Assembly (NCBI GenBank): GCA_037379345.1
Contig: CM074524.1
Span: 20,394,750 to 20,458,749, forward strand
DNA length: 64,000 nt
Reading direction: 5' to 3'
From: Perna viridis
Taxonomy: Eukaryota
Below, piece after piece: positions 51,053-64,000 of this stretch. The translations under genes and the position numbers were made by a program. Below the pieces are notes generated by a model. The model ran no database searches and was not told the DNA's origin. It saw only the letters and a program-made list of their open reading frames with translations. Each line of letters begins with the position of its first letter. Position 1 is the first letter of the stretch.

Positions 51053-53089
51053 AATCTGTGATTTTAAGGTAATTACGGCCTAAAACTAATATGAATATCA
51101 GGTTTCTAGAGCTTTACTCATTATCCATGTATCGTATTACATGTATTTGATGCTTTATATTAATTTGTTCCCCGAACAGATCACACTTGGAGTGGGCTCG
51201 TCTGTAAAAGGTTGTAGCTCGACCCTTTTAGAAACAAGCCTACCTAACGTACATTGTATCTAATACAAACCCAATTATTAGTCTACATCATCAGTTTCAT
51301 ATGAGCTAAGAGACCAGAAATTAATAACACTTTAAAGTCGACACACCTTGAGAGCTGCACCGGAAGTGCCCTGGTGATGACGGAAGTGAGAAAGACTAAC
51401 TAGAGAAAGTATCGAACAAACATTGTAACAAAAAAGTAATCTTGACACGCGATTTCATGATGTTAATCTTAACCTTTTCTTCAAAAAATTAGCCGAGTCT
51501 TCCTGAAGGAAACGAGCCTGATTGTCCAAGAATCAGTCTATACACGTGTACGAATACGTACTGTAGTATTTATGATAACAGCAACAACGAAAGGAAGAAG
51601 TAATGAGATACAAGCAGTGCATGGTTAAGAGCATGACATTGTCCTAAAACCGCAACAGAGTATATGTTTAACGATGTTCATGTTGTACAGAAACAATAAA
51701 GCTTGCAGCTTTTTTTCCCGATGGAGTGAAAAAAATATAAGCCATCACAAAACAATATGAAAGAACTGAACTGTACTGGCATAAGCGACCAAGAACAATT
51801 TTGAAAAGCTTCTCTTGATAATTTGTACTATAAACACACTTAAATCTTAAGTTCTTAGCTCAATCAATTGGTATTGTCACATTTTATTTCCTGCACGAAA
51901 CAAATCTGTATAATGATTACCATGCATCTTTTGAGAAGATTATGACATCCTGTATAAGCTTAAAGAGTATATGCTTTGAAGAAAATATAGGACAAACCGT
52001 GCGCCTCGAGCTCGCTTATTCTTTTATTAGAATACTATCTAATAAAAGTGTGAAGATATTTACTTAGTCTGTAAATGATGTTTACTTATCTACAATTAAC
52101 CCAGTCGTACGGAAGAGAAGTGGTAATTATGACTTTGATTTTCATGGAAGTATTTTATCATTATCACCTAAGAAATTCGCTTCCTCTAACACAAAACTGG
52201 TGTAACAGATATGCTTAAGAAATAGCAACAATGTTATCCGGGAAGGATCCAGAAATCAAGGATGGCTACCATTTACTCATTTTGCCCAAATTCTGTACAA
52301 ATTTACAAGTATTAATTTTGTTGTCTATCATGAAAAGAACTATACTAAAAATGCAATTATGAAGAATGGAACATGTAAATGGTACCGGTGGTGTGACAAT
52401 TTTAAGTTCTAAAGAAGTCTTTATTTTTAGTAATTATATCATTGTGAGTCATTCGAATACCTGATGGTGTTTGTCTGTAATTCCGCATATATACTGATGC
52501 AAAAAAAAAGAAAAGAAAAACAATTTTAAAGTGGTTGTTGTTGAAATTTCTGAAAATATGTGTTAGCTGTTATAGAGGTGTATGTACCTTTGAAATTAAT
52601 ATATTTCAAGTATATATTTTATATAAAATGATAAATAATCTCTACTTCTTTGTACGGTTCCTTTTTCCATTGCTTTCGTTTATAAATCTCGGGTGGCGGA
52701 TCAGGATGATCGTGGCGAATCAAGAAAATTTTTGAAACATAATTTGTGAAAAATTAAGATTTCATGCATTGTCTCCCTTTTTTCGGGGGATGGGGTGGGG
52801 TGGGGGCATACACCCGGCTCGCTCATCCTTGGATCTACAACTGAATCTTTGCTATCAGCTTGGCTTCGGCGGTTTTGAATACTACTTTAATAAGTGTGGT
52901 TATGTCTTGTTTTACGCTGTACCATATAAACACAAAACTGAACTGCATTTTGGAATAAACAATCACGTATATGGTTTTAAACAATATTCAGTAATATTCA
53001 ATATTTGGTTTCATGTTTTAGTTATCAGAGCAGATACAGTTTCGTTTAAAATTGCTGTTTTGTACCCTTTTCTTACAACCTATAATTGA

Positions 53090-53225
53090 NNNNNNNNNNN
53101 NNNNNNNNNNNNNNNNNNNNNNNNNNNNNNNNNNNNNNNNNNNNNNNNNNNNNNNNNNNNNNNNNNNNNNNNNNNNNNNNNNNNNNNNNNNNNNNNNNNN
53201 NNNNNNNNNNNNNNNNNNNNNNNNN
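53090..53225. other. Assembly gap (136 N)
   Basis: Run of N. Confidence 1.
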
Positions 53226-53717
53226 CGAGTCAAGGTATAACTATTTCGAAAAAAACATCGTACTAGGTAAAATTGCAAAAATTAATCCGACTTCTAAAAA
53301 CTTTTATAACTATACTTGCCTATGTACACCACTATATATCTATAGATCAGTGTACAGTAGCTCCAAATTAAATCTGGACTTTCTATTATTTGTAATGGTG
53401 TCCTTGAAAATTCAGAACCGCACACAAAAAAATGGCTTATCGGCGACACAAGAAAGTAACGGGATCACACACATAGATTAATTTATCATTTTCATCTTTA
53501 AAATTCTAATTGCATTTGTAATATATAAAAGTATATACCGAGGCCCATCTGTCACTTTTTTTCTCAAGTTAATTTCTTGGACAAACAAAGAAGTTTGAAT
53601 AAAAAAAAAGTAATAATAATACTCTTCTGAAAATTTCAATTTTATCTTGAATTGTAAAGGTTTTGGATACTGATTTCTTTAGTAATTTATTAAAATGAAA
53701 TGTCAATTTTCAAGAAA

Positions 53718-54235
53718 GTTTGTTTGTTTGTTGGGGTTTAACGCCCGAGCAGCAATATTTCAGCTATATTCAGACGATGAACATGAAATTGATGATAAAA
53801 TGAACATGAAAATATGATGAAATGAAAAAGGGGTGGGACACAAGGACAATGGGGTCGACAAATTTTGATTGCCACTGGAAATAGGGAGAGGTGGGTAAGA
53901 TCGGGCAATTTAGCCTCCTGTGGCGGAGCCATATGGTTCCTACTCCGGGAGAATACCACAGTAGGGTTCTTTAACGTGCGAGGAACATGGCATCTTTTCC
54001 AACACGGTGCACCACTATGGTTTGCGGTCAGGTTTTCCGTATTATAGCCTGACAACCCCAGCATGTAACAAGCCAGGGGTACCCCATTCAACCACCTGGG
54101 ACACACATCCCAGTTAATCTGTGGGCAGAGCGCCCTAGCCCCCGGCTAAGGTTCTGAGCACTATTTAGTCGCCTTTTACGACAAGCTTAGCGCTGCTGCA
54201 GGCCTATTCTTTTAACACCCGGACCTGCACGGGTG
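53718..54235 (-). mobile_element. SINE, RUDI/V-SINE-like; copy 2
   Basis: Full-length match to 50525-51052 with scattered substitutions. No clean TSD. Confidence 0.85.
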
Positions 54236-55239
54236 TAATTCTCGCATGTTTCAAAGGATTCCGTAGGATTATGCAGGAGTCAACACTTTATCCTGCTACA
54301 TTGTATGAGTGACAGACCTTTATAGTCCCATCAATTAATTCAAAGCACCGAATTATTTACTTTCGTCGTCTAATTGGTACTTACAAGCATGTTAATGAGC
54401 TTGTTTTATGAGTATAATTGATGGTAAGGGCTATTTTATCTTCCTGATTACAATAAAATTAAAACAAACTGTGAAGCACAAATCAAAAGCAATATTTACG
54501 CCATCTCTGTAAAAATAAAAATGCCGTAATATCTTTGATCGTTTTAAGTACAAAATGCTAATTTCATACTCCAGCTACAACAGAACTGACTGGTTGAATG
54601 CATTCTAACTCTATCATGAAATGCTGAAAATGATTTTCTTTTTTTTTTGTGTGTGTGTGTTTTCGAATGTTTTTGTTTGTTGTTTATTGTTTTCTTTAGC
54701 ATTTATTTTGTTTATCTAGTTTTTTTTACACAAGTCCATATTAGCATACTGAAAATATTGACTTTCCTCCTGGTTCATATAACGAGCAGTACTTTCAAAG
54801 CGTTTCAGTAGTGGGATTAACTTCTAAGGGGGTTTGAATTATGTGTAATACAATGCATTGCAACCAAAACTCTATATTAAACTATCATATAAAGTACTGT
54901 TCAGTAACGGAAGTTTTCATGTTTACTCAAGTTTAAAATACATACAAACGTATACGAAGTAACCAGATGAATTACATCAAATAAAAAATAAAAATTAGAA
55001 AAAATAGATCATCAGGAAACTTTCATTGTTCTTCAGCTCTATTCTTTAGTAATATCTAGAATTGATTAATTGAAGGTGTATGTATAGTTGGGTTAACCAC
55101 AATTTATTAATATTGACAAAATATCAAAGTGTTTATCTTCTGAATATGATACTCAGCTTCCTCCGATATGTGAGTTTTATTGAAAATCTATGTTACGGTC
55201 CGAGTACTACAACCTAAATCGGCCTGGACTTTGTGCAGG

Positions 55240-55446
55240 CGGTGTTGCCATAGATATCACAACGGTACGAGTTCGAGTCCCGCGAAGGAAACTACCAAAA
55301 TTGGCATCGAAAATTTGACAGTTCTAACATCGTTGGAATTTTTCAGACCCTTCTATAAGTTTACATTATCCTCCCTATATCAATTTGATCCGATGGAGCA
55401 GTGTAACGAATAGAGTCGTCACATTCTGAGACGTTTATATATATAT
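55240..55446 (+). repeat. Repeat remnant with a Pol III B-box-like motif, ending in (TA)n
   Basis: GTTCGAGTCC at 55271-55280; no complete tRNA cloverleaf. Confidence 0.35.
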
Positions 55447-55530
55447 TCGCGAGTTTTCATGCGAATTTCATGAGAATTTGTCATTGTGAATTTCTGAATT
55501 TAACGTGAAAAACGTATGATGATTCTTGTA

Positions 55531-55789
55531 CACAGGCAAATATTTTTCACGTGAAGTTCATGTTAATCGAGCTTCACATGAAATTCATGTGAAATTCACA
55601 TGAAATTAACATGATTTTCATGAAAAATTCACTAAACACGAATGTCATGTGAACATTTCGTGTGAATTTCACGTGAAGGCTCCTTTCACCCGAATTTCAC
55701 GTGAACTCTGTCACTTATTTTTTTTGCTCAATTCAGGCGAAAATCATGTGAAATTCGTGTGAAAATCACGTGAAATAATTTCGCCTGTG
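55531..55789. mobile_element. MITE with CAC...GTG termini, TA TSD and an internal TTCAYRTGAA array (CMC/EnSpm-like)
   Basis: TA-CACAGGCAAATATTTTTCACGTGA...TCACGTGAAATAATTTCGCCTGTG-TA. Confidence 0.7.
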
Positions 55790-56013
55790 TAATAAAATAA
55801 AAATAGGAGGCCACCGTTCATTCCAGAGATCTATGGGCCATAAAAAGTACGTTTTTTCCATATTTTTGGCTGTTTTACCAGAACATTTTTTTATTATTTC
55901 ACGACGATTGAAAGATTGTGAGAGTTGTTACATATAAGTTTTTTTTTTTTTATGCAAAGATGATAAAAAAATCATAGGTTACAGATGGTTTTAAAATATG
56001 CGAATATATTTCA

Positions 56014-56210
56014 GGAGGTAGACCTTGGGTAAGGGACATCAATTTTGAAATCAGTGATATGTTTGTATCATATTCATTTTCCCCCAAAGCCAATCAAGCT
56101 TTCATTTGAAACAAGTTACTTTGATGCTTACATGAGATTGATGTAAAATGCTGAAAACAAATGTTCCAATGATTTGTAAGAGTTGTGTTCCTTACCCTAG
56201 GTGTACCTCC
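56014..56210. mobile_element. Same Kolobok-like MITE, third copy
   Basis: ggaggtagaccttgggtaagggaca...cttaccctaggtgtacctcc-TTAA; left flank is TTCA. Confidence 0.8.
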
Positions 56211-57870
56211 TTAAACGGGAAAGTAGATGGTGGTAAATGCATGCATATATATAACTGTCAGTGTTTCAACTCGTACATTCGACAGAAGGAATGCCACCGA
56301 ATGTCTTTTGCAAGTTTTAAGTTTCAGTTAAATGTTTCTAAAACAAGTGCACTAAAATCATGATTCAAGGCATAAATTATTATGGAAAAACATAAAGAAC
56401 TTATTTCTTTAAAAAATATAGCTCTGTCACGTGATATAAACGTGATACAAAAAAAAATGATTGTGTTATTTTTGTTCCATCGTTTCATAACAGCATATAA
56501 CTGTAATTAAATTACAGGTCTATAATTACAGACACATAAAAAACGTGAAAGATCTCATTTCATGTTTTAGGATCATAATTCGGTTTTGCCTAAACAGAAA
56601 CGGTGAAATATAGAAATATAAATATCGAATCGTGTTTCAGAATCACGTCAAGAAAATGCACCCCATGGGACTGAGCTATAAAGCCTTACAATACACACTG
56701 AGCCGAAGCTTTACAGAAATTCTTAAGTTGTACTTATATATCATTTATCTTCTTTAAACATAATTTACTTTTTAATCAAAGTGTTCATATATCATTAACG
56801 AGTTCAATTTGTCACTCCGGTAAATAGGAAATTGATACGCGGCTATGAATCGCACACATGGTTCAAACTGACGCACTTGATGCATACTCCAACAATGCTA
56901 GAGGTTGTCTGGAGAGATATTTTCTGATTTGGTGGCAGTATGGAAGAACGAAATTCAAATATCGTACGTTGTAGGAGTAATCGAACTTCGTAGCATTACC
57001 ACGAAAGGGGTTGCAAGTTTAATCTCATGAATGTTATAATAAATGGCAAAATTTTCGATCTATTTTTGTGTCTGTAAATATATAATAGATTAAATACTAA
57101 TGGAAAAAAGAAACTATGCATTCCTGTTACATTAAATAGTAACAAACCTTCGATATTCGCTTGAAATTTTCACACAATGGCAAGTAATATGGTAGACCTT
57201 TTTTCGGAGAAAATTGAAAAATCTGTGAACTCCAGCTTCAGAGATTAAAAAAGAAATGTATCAAAAAATGAATAAAATGCTATTTATTTGCAAAATTCTT
57301 CGTGTAAACTCTCCATCGTTATCACAATCCCAAACTGAAAATTTTACGCCTTTTTTCAAAATCAGATTTGTGAATCATTATTTCGCACAACTAATTATGA
57401 GAATACAAACTTAAATATGTTAAAGGATGGAAAGTTGTCCGTATTTAAATGAATTAACTTGAAAAGGGTGCTGCAGAGTTTTTTTCCATTTGTATATACA
57501 TGGCACAAAGCCAGAAAACAACTTGTCAGCCTCCTCTAGTATATTTCAGTGAACCTTTTGTAAGCTTTTGAATAAATAAAGTTGAAGCATTGTTTTTTTT
57601 ATTATCAAACAATAATTAAATATTCGTACTACAGGTATTTATTGCTCGGCTTTTTTGTGACAGAAACTTTTGAGGTAACCAGCAGATAAGTACTTATAGA
57701 ATGAAATCCAGTAAACATACACGAAGTTAACCAATATGAAATTGGTCAATTTTTGTCTGACTTGTACCTATATTTTGCACGACATTCATTCGTGTTAAAA
57801 TCGACATTAAGCCCACGCTTAATAGTGTGATTTGTCTAACGTTTACAGCTTGTATTTTGAACGATTCAGT

Positions 57871-57997
57871 GTAGTGGTGGATCCAGGGGTAGAAACCCTT
57901 TCTTTTGTTGTTTGTACTCTGACACCCCTTCATTATTTTCAAATATAAATTTCTAGATCGGAACCATCTATAATAAATTTCTAGAATCACCGCCCCT
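57871..57997. mobile_element. Degenerate hAT-like MITE with GGCGGATCCAG-type TIR; relatives near 36874-37018, 37643-38076, 38581, 45614, 49465-49619, 52691
   Basis: Recurring ends resembling CAGKGGCGGATCCAG...GGATCCGCCCCTG. Confidence 0.5.
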
Positions 57998-60900
57998 GCA
58001 GAGAACTGGAGAATAATGTTGTGTTAGGATTTCAGAGGTTAAAATTGGGGTGTCCCAAATTGACACATTAGTTTTGACCTCTGCCTTAAGTCACATGGCT
58101 CTGAAACAAAATACAGGAAAACAATGAATAAAATGCTATACAGGGTGCAGCCTGATACGGCAGCACATGTCTAACTTTTTACTTGGGTCAAGTATGTACT
58201 GAACTTGATACAGCTCTAAATTTTGGATGTGAATTTTACCAAAACAAAAGTGGTAAAAGAACTTTTAAAAAAAATGCAATTAAATATAGAAATGAACAAT
58301 TCATACGATCTTAAAGAAAAAGCTCTTTGCAGCCTCTGATTCCTGCAATGTTCTGTTCGCAACCAACAATATCATAGTTTTGAATTTGCCATAATTTCCA
58401 AAATTGTATCGTAGTGTTCATCACAGGAAATAATCATTTTGGTTTTATTTTCGCCGTACAGGTTTATTTGTGAAAGTAAAACAGTCACAAAATTTCAGTA
58501 CCCACCTTTTAGTAATAAGAAAAAAAAACATAAATGTTTGCTTTATTTTTCTTATGACATTTGCCAGTGATAGCCACTCTCTGCTGCCCTATTGTAAGTA
58601 CATAATCCACATAAATAAACACAAGACTTTAAACATAGAGGATATTAATTATGGCATATAATAATAGAATCTACAGTAAAAACCCTTTTTTGACAGTGGA
58701 ATTCGTTCTGTTTAGACAGGTTCAAAATACATTTAAGTAGCACTACAGCTAAGAATCATGCCAAATGTGATTCATGGGTAGAAAGCCTACATATTTTTTT
58801 TTATATTTTGTTTGAACTGCCATAGTAAACAGAAATATGTTTCTTTAGTGAGGACATATTTTTATGAATGTAAATACAACAGAAAAAAACATTTACTATT
58901 TTCAGCAGTTTTTGCTAAATGACATATAATTTAGGCACTATTCACAGCCTAATGCCCTTACACCTTCAATGGAAATTACAAAATGTAAAAAAAAATGATG
59001 TTATGAGTGTATACTTTAGTCACACTTCATTAACAACTTACTTACATAAATATGAAACAAGTGAATTGCAATAATAAACACGTTTATAATGTCCCATGGT
59101 CAAGTGTGACATTTAACAAACAAGTTGGAGTTTACACTTGCTGAAAAGGCCAAGTTTTCTCTATCTAGTTAAAGTCCATGAAGACTTTCACCCTTTATAA
59201 AAATTTGAGTAAGCTAATGGCGATTATATCAGGGACATTCACTGATTACATATTACTCCCACATTCAAAAAAGTGTGAAAAGGAGCAATAACACCAGAGA
59301 AACTGAAAATACACAGAAATGGAACTGGGTCTGAATTTAATGGTGTAGCACTGTATTCAAAATTAAAATTTCAAATGTGCTTTTCTGAAAATTCACTATA
59401 AGAATCAGGCAGCGGGTGAAATATGGTACGAAATAACCCATCACTTCGACAGTGTAATTAAACTATTTCAACCATCGGAATTAGGGAATAAAGAGAAGAT
59501 TTCCAGACATTTTATTTTAGTAATATGTGTTATATAACTTATATCTGCATTTAAATGCACTACATATGAACATTTAAGGTGTAAATCCAATTAAAAATTT
59601 CCAATTATATTCAGCAATGCCGAGATCACAAAGCAGGCATTTCAAATAAGGAAGATTCCTTGAGTGAACATACATTATCAGATCAGTGGATTTTGAACAG
59701 GCATGTCTCAGTTATTTCTCATTTTGTCTGACTCTTACAAAGACTTGTATTAAATAGTTCACTGATCATGGTTAATCAGGAAATTTTACATATCTCATTT
59801 GCTCACTCCCACTAAACATAAGATAATATATACAATAACAGTATCTCATTTGCATAAAATTTATCACGTTTGATCATAATTAACAATTTACATAAAGATG
59901 ACAGTAGCAAAATATAATAATTCACACTCTGAATGTCCCATGGTCAAGTGTGACAATTAGCAAATAAATACCTTATGATGTGGTGTGGAGGTACATGTAC
60001 AATAATCATAATTTATACCTTATGATGTGGCGTGGAGGTACTTGTATAATAATCAAACATATATATGTAAAGGTTCAATGGCAAATGAATATGACACATG
60101 CTTTTAGCATGTTAGCATTCAATATAAGTTACGACACCACTGGAAGGTTAGTGCTCCACAAATGTCAAGGCTTCCATGGACTACCATAGTTCTAGAATTT
60201 TATTAAATTTCCATTGTGGAAGATTTGCAACTATTATGAAGCCTGCTTTGATCAAGGTCATAAAATCTTCTCCTTGTGTATTAATGACATGGCACAGAAT
60301 AAAATTTACATAAAAAACCATTTCATAGTCATACTCAAAGAGAATAGTCATTTATAAAAATGACTTGATATCTCATGATACAATCATGTATATGTAAAAA
60401 GATATGGCACTAAGCAATATTGACTGTTTCACAACATAACAATATGAGATAATATATACATATTGTTTGCAAAGAAAGTTTCTATGTTTTTCTCCCTGAG
60501 AAAATTAGTTAAATCATTACAACCTGTTACAGACAAGTGTTTCAGAGCACTTCAAAATATATGTATACACAAATATGAAGAACTTGATGAAAAGTAAAAA
60601 AATATTTTTCATCTCTCAACAATCTATTCACAAATAACAGCAGATCTACAGAAAAATATGATAATAACAGAACAGCAAAGTGTCTGGTTTAACTAAAACA
60701 AAAGTTGTTTTTTTTTAAATTTGAAAAAAATAAAAAAAAGACTTTCCAAAGCCTTGGGCTTCCAATAAAATTTATAAATTTCAACACATCTGATTGGTCG
60801 ACATTTAAATTGATTTTAGTTAAAGAAAACCACAAAGTTAAGATTTGTTTTATTTAACCAGACCAAGGCTCACATAAGAATTATGCTAATTGAAAGAAAA

Positions 60901-62371
60901 CACCAATAATTGGTGTGTCTAAGGTTAGATAAGAAGAGAAATTAAGTACAGAATTTTCTATTAAATAAATATTATTTCCCTTCATTTCATTCACTACAGA
61001 TCCACCTAAAACCTACTATTTTTTCTTCACATACTCTTTGATTCTCAATCATTTCTTTTCTCTTTCCGATCTCTAATGGGACATACTGGATCCATTTACA
61101 CTTTTAAGGAAGTTGAACAAAATATAGCCTTACCAACCTCTGCATAATACTTATGTTTACCTGTACATAAAGATTTGTTTGTGATTTATGATGACTAAAG
61201 TTCTATCATGTATCTGACAGAGTTGGAAATATTAATCTGATAGTCAATCTGGAACTGGTAACCATTGAGCAGGGATGGCTTAAATTTAGGAAAATGTAAA
61301 TATCTAAAAAACAAATAAAATTAATGTACAGTTGAGCACCTACCGGTAGGTTAGATAACCAACATCGTATACAAACATGTAAACAGAATACATATACATG
61401 TATATGAAAGACTATACACCAGTGTACAAATGAATATGTATATATGTACATGTATGTATTTACATGGACAAAATTATTGATGTAAAAAGAAGAAACTTAA
61501 AAAGAAAAGACATTCAAAGAAATACACCCAAGACAATTAACATTACAAACTCTCTAATTTGAGAAAAATAACATATGGAATGTAAGAAAGGGAACATGCT
61601 GACCCGACATATTCTTATCCAGGGGAAGCACTGTTTGTAACTTAAGTTAGCACCACTCAGACCCATAGACTGACATTCGTCACTAGGGGAAAACACTGTT
61701 TGTAACTTATGTTACATATCATACAGACAATTACCATTTTTGCATACCATGAAAACTTATGGGTATTAGTATGAAAGAGGAAATAAAACTTGACCAGCCT
61801 TAAGTCATCTGCAAGATTACATTGTGCATAATGTAAGTACTGTAAACTATAAAATTTTTCACAGCAGTCTGATGAACAATCACGAATTTAAAACTGTACA
61901 AAAGCAGATTTATAGCAGAAAAACCGTGAAAAAAAAAGACAGTGCATTTCCCAGTTTACAGTAACAAACAACCTCTTTCCTCCAGTGCTGCATATATGAA
62001 AAGAAAGAAATTCCATGATATACAAAAATAAACCAATCTTTATAAAGTAAAAAGACTGAAACACAAATGTCATTCCATTCATAGAAAAATGTTAAAATAT
62101 TTTTACAGGAGACAAAAAAGTTTTCTTTTATTAGTGAGGCAAAAAATAAATCTATCTTTTCAATGTAAATCTAAAGTGAAAATCCAAATTTACACTTACA
62201 AAAAAACCCATTAAGGTGCTGACCCACCATTCATAACTACGAACAATAATGAAAATTAACACATTACATCTTAAATGTAATTCTATATGAAAAATACCAA
62301 TTTAAAAAAACATTAAAATGCTTATCCACTATTTATAACCCTAAATGATGATGAAAATAATAGAAGGACTT

Positions 62372-62649
62372 TTACAATTCATCCTTTATTTCCTCTTTCT
62401 CTGCATTCTTTGCTTTTGATGAATTCGTGGATTTTTCCTTTGTTTCATCTTTCTTTTTATCTTTCTTTTCACTTTTTTTCTTCTCTTGTTCTTCACAATA
62501 ATTGTTAATGATGTGGTTTGCGGCACTGACTCCTGACATGTATGCCCCATGAGCTGTGTTCAAGTGTTCTAATATTGTATATTCACCAGCAAAATAAATG
62601 TATGGACACAGGGGCTCAGATAAAGATTTAAATACTTCTGGGTCAATAC
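62372..62649 (-). CDS. Terminal exon of a flavin-containing amine oxidase (polyamine/monoamine oxidase family) with C-terminal KDEL
   Basis: Acceptor tatttttgcAG|GT at 62650. Translation (G)IDPEVFKSLSEPLCPYIYFAGEYTILEHLNTAHGAYMSGVSAANHII carries the FAGExT...TxHGAxxSGxxAA amino-oxidase C-terminal motif, followed by a K/E-rich tail ending KDEL*. Confidence 0.9.
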
Positions 62650-64000
62650 CTGCAAAAATATTTTATTTTAGTTCATTAATGTTTATTTTTGATGACATCA
62701 ATTTGTCATTTTTAAATGAAATATTCAAAATAATTCATAAACATTCATTATTTAGAGTGCAATGAGTAATAATAGGATCACAAATTAGATGGAGTGAATA
62801 ACCAAAATATGATCATGATTGTTGAAGAATGCCAAGATTCAACACTATTCAGTGATGACCTTAACATTATTAGACATTATTGATGATTTGAAATAACAAT
62901 CAGCTGATAACAATTTTTTTTAATTATGAGCAAACAGCAATACATAATGAGAAAATATAGAAAAAAATAATATATCTATTGGCTATGGTGAAAAGTAAAA
63001 ATAGAGTTACTTGTGCCGAAAACAATGGATTTAACATGTTATTCCTTGGCATTCTTCTGCACAATGTTTATCATATTTTGGTTATAGCTACATTTTCCAA
63101 TAACTAACCCTATAATGAAGAAAAATGAGAAACATTGCAACTACTGATAAGTATAATTATCCATATCAGTTGTATCAATCTAAAAGTCTTATCACGACTG
63201 ACGCCATTGCCTGAGGGTCAATATCAGTTGAGGCTTGATACCAATATGGATATGCCTTGTTATAATCTATTTATCAAATCTTTCAACAAGATAAAAAATG
63301 CTTTGCAGTGTGAAGGAAGATATGCCTGCAGAGGTAGAACCTTGAACAGTTGAAGTGAATATGGACACAAAATTCAAGCCTGGTACAGGTTATATTTTTA
63401 ACTGTGATTAAATGTTTGACACAAGATGAGACGCTACTGAATTACAGTCCAAAAACTGTGAAATTCCCCCCTTTTAAAGGATAATTTCCCACAACTCTAG
63501 ATTGTAAAATTGTAAATTTATAAAAATCTTTTATATTTCCTGTTAAGTGACATTATAATTTGCATTAATGGGCAGGTATGGTGAAGGAATATAAGTCATC
63601 AGCCCAGGTCAGAGAATCTCTATTCATTACTCACTATAATCAGATAGGTAAAACTGAACACATCAGGATAGAAAATGAAATAAGTCATTTTGGGATCATC
63701 AATTTTAAGAGTTTAATAGGTTCATATTCCCTGAGTCATAGGTGAAGACATAATGAAGCTATCACAGTGAACAGCATGCGAATTTCATTCAAGTATATTT
63801 CTTTTTATACATATTTTTAAAAAAATTACATTTCTTTACATACATGTAGGCTTTCCATATACATTCTATATCTGCCCGAAACCTCCACTCCCCCCCCCCA
63901 AACAACAAAAAACATAAGACACCCAAAGCAGACTGTCGAGGCATTGAAAAGCAGGTATATACCAGTAATAAAATAAAAGTATAATTGATTATCTGTATCA

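Noticed and set aside
53018-53481. ORFs containing X runs
   Set aside because: Artefacts of the N gap.
50576-54106. Repeated 115/122-aa and 60-aa ORFs as a gene pair
   Set aside because: They lie inside two SINE copies, their C-termini differ by frameshift, and no domain is recognisable.
55260-55290. tRNA gene
   Set aside because: Only a T-arm/B-box-like motif; no acceptor stem or D arm could be built.

Overview
AT-rich, repeat-dense eukaryotic (animal) genomic DNA. The repeat families look like those of bivalve molluscs, possibly a mytilid; this is inference. There are two host-gene pieces, both on the minus strand. One is the first coding exon of a Shaw/Kv3 potassium channel (6049-6728; the rest of the gene lies left of the window). 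The other is the last exon of a flavin amine oxidase ending in KDEL (62372-62649; the rest lies to the right). The main feature is a complete, young ~6.35 kb Ngaro-type tyrosine-recombinase retrotransposon (21480-27831). It carries gag, RT/RNase H, YR and an SGNH hydrolase, has split direct repeats A1...B1-A2-spacer-B2, and has TTAA at both ends and at the internal junction. Its layout suggests that one phase-1 splice donor in gag feeds three phase-1 acceptors: RT, the hydrolase (no ATG before its catalytic serine), and an unexplained ORF between A2 and B2. Other content: 3' fragments of a Penelope-like (Naiad-type) element with a structured 3' UTR, two copies of a SINE with a non-tRNA pseudoknotted head, several MITE families, small tandem repeats and a 136-N gap. 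Most short ORFs in the track are spurious.
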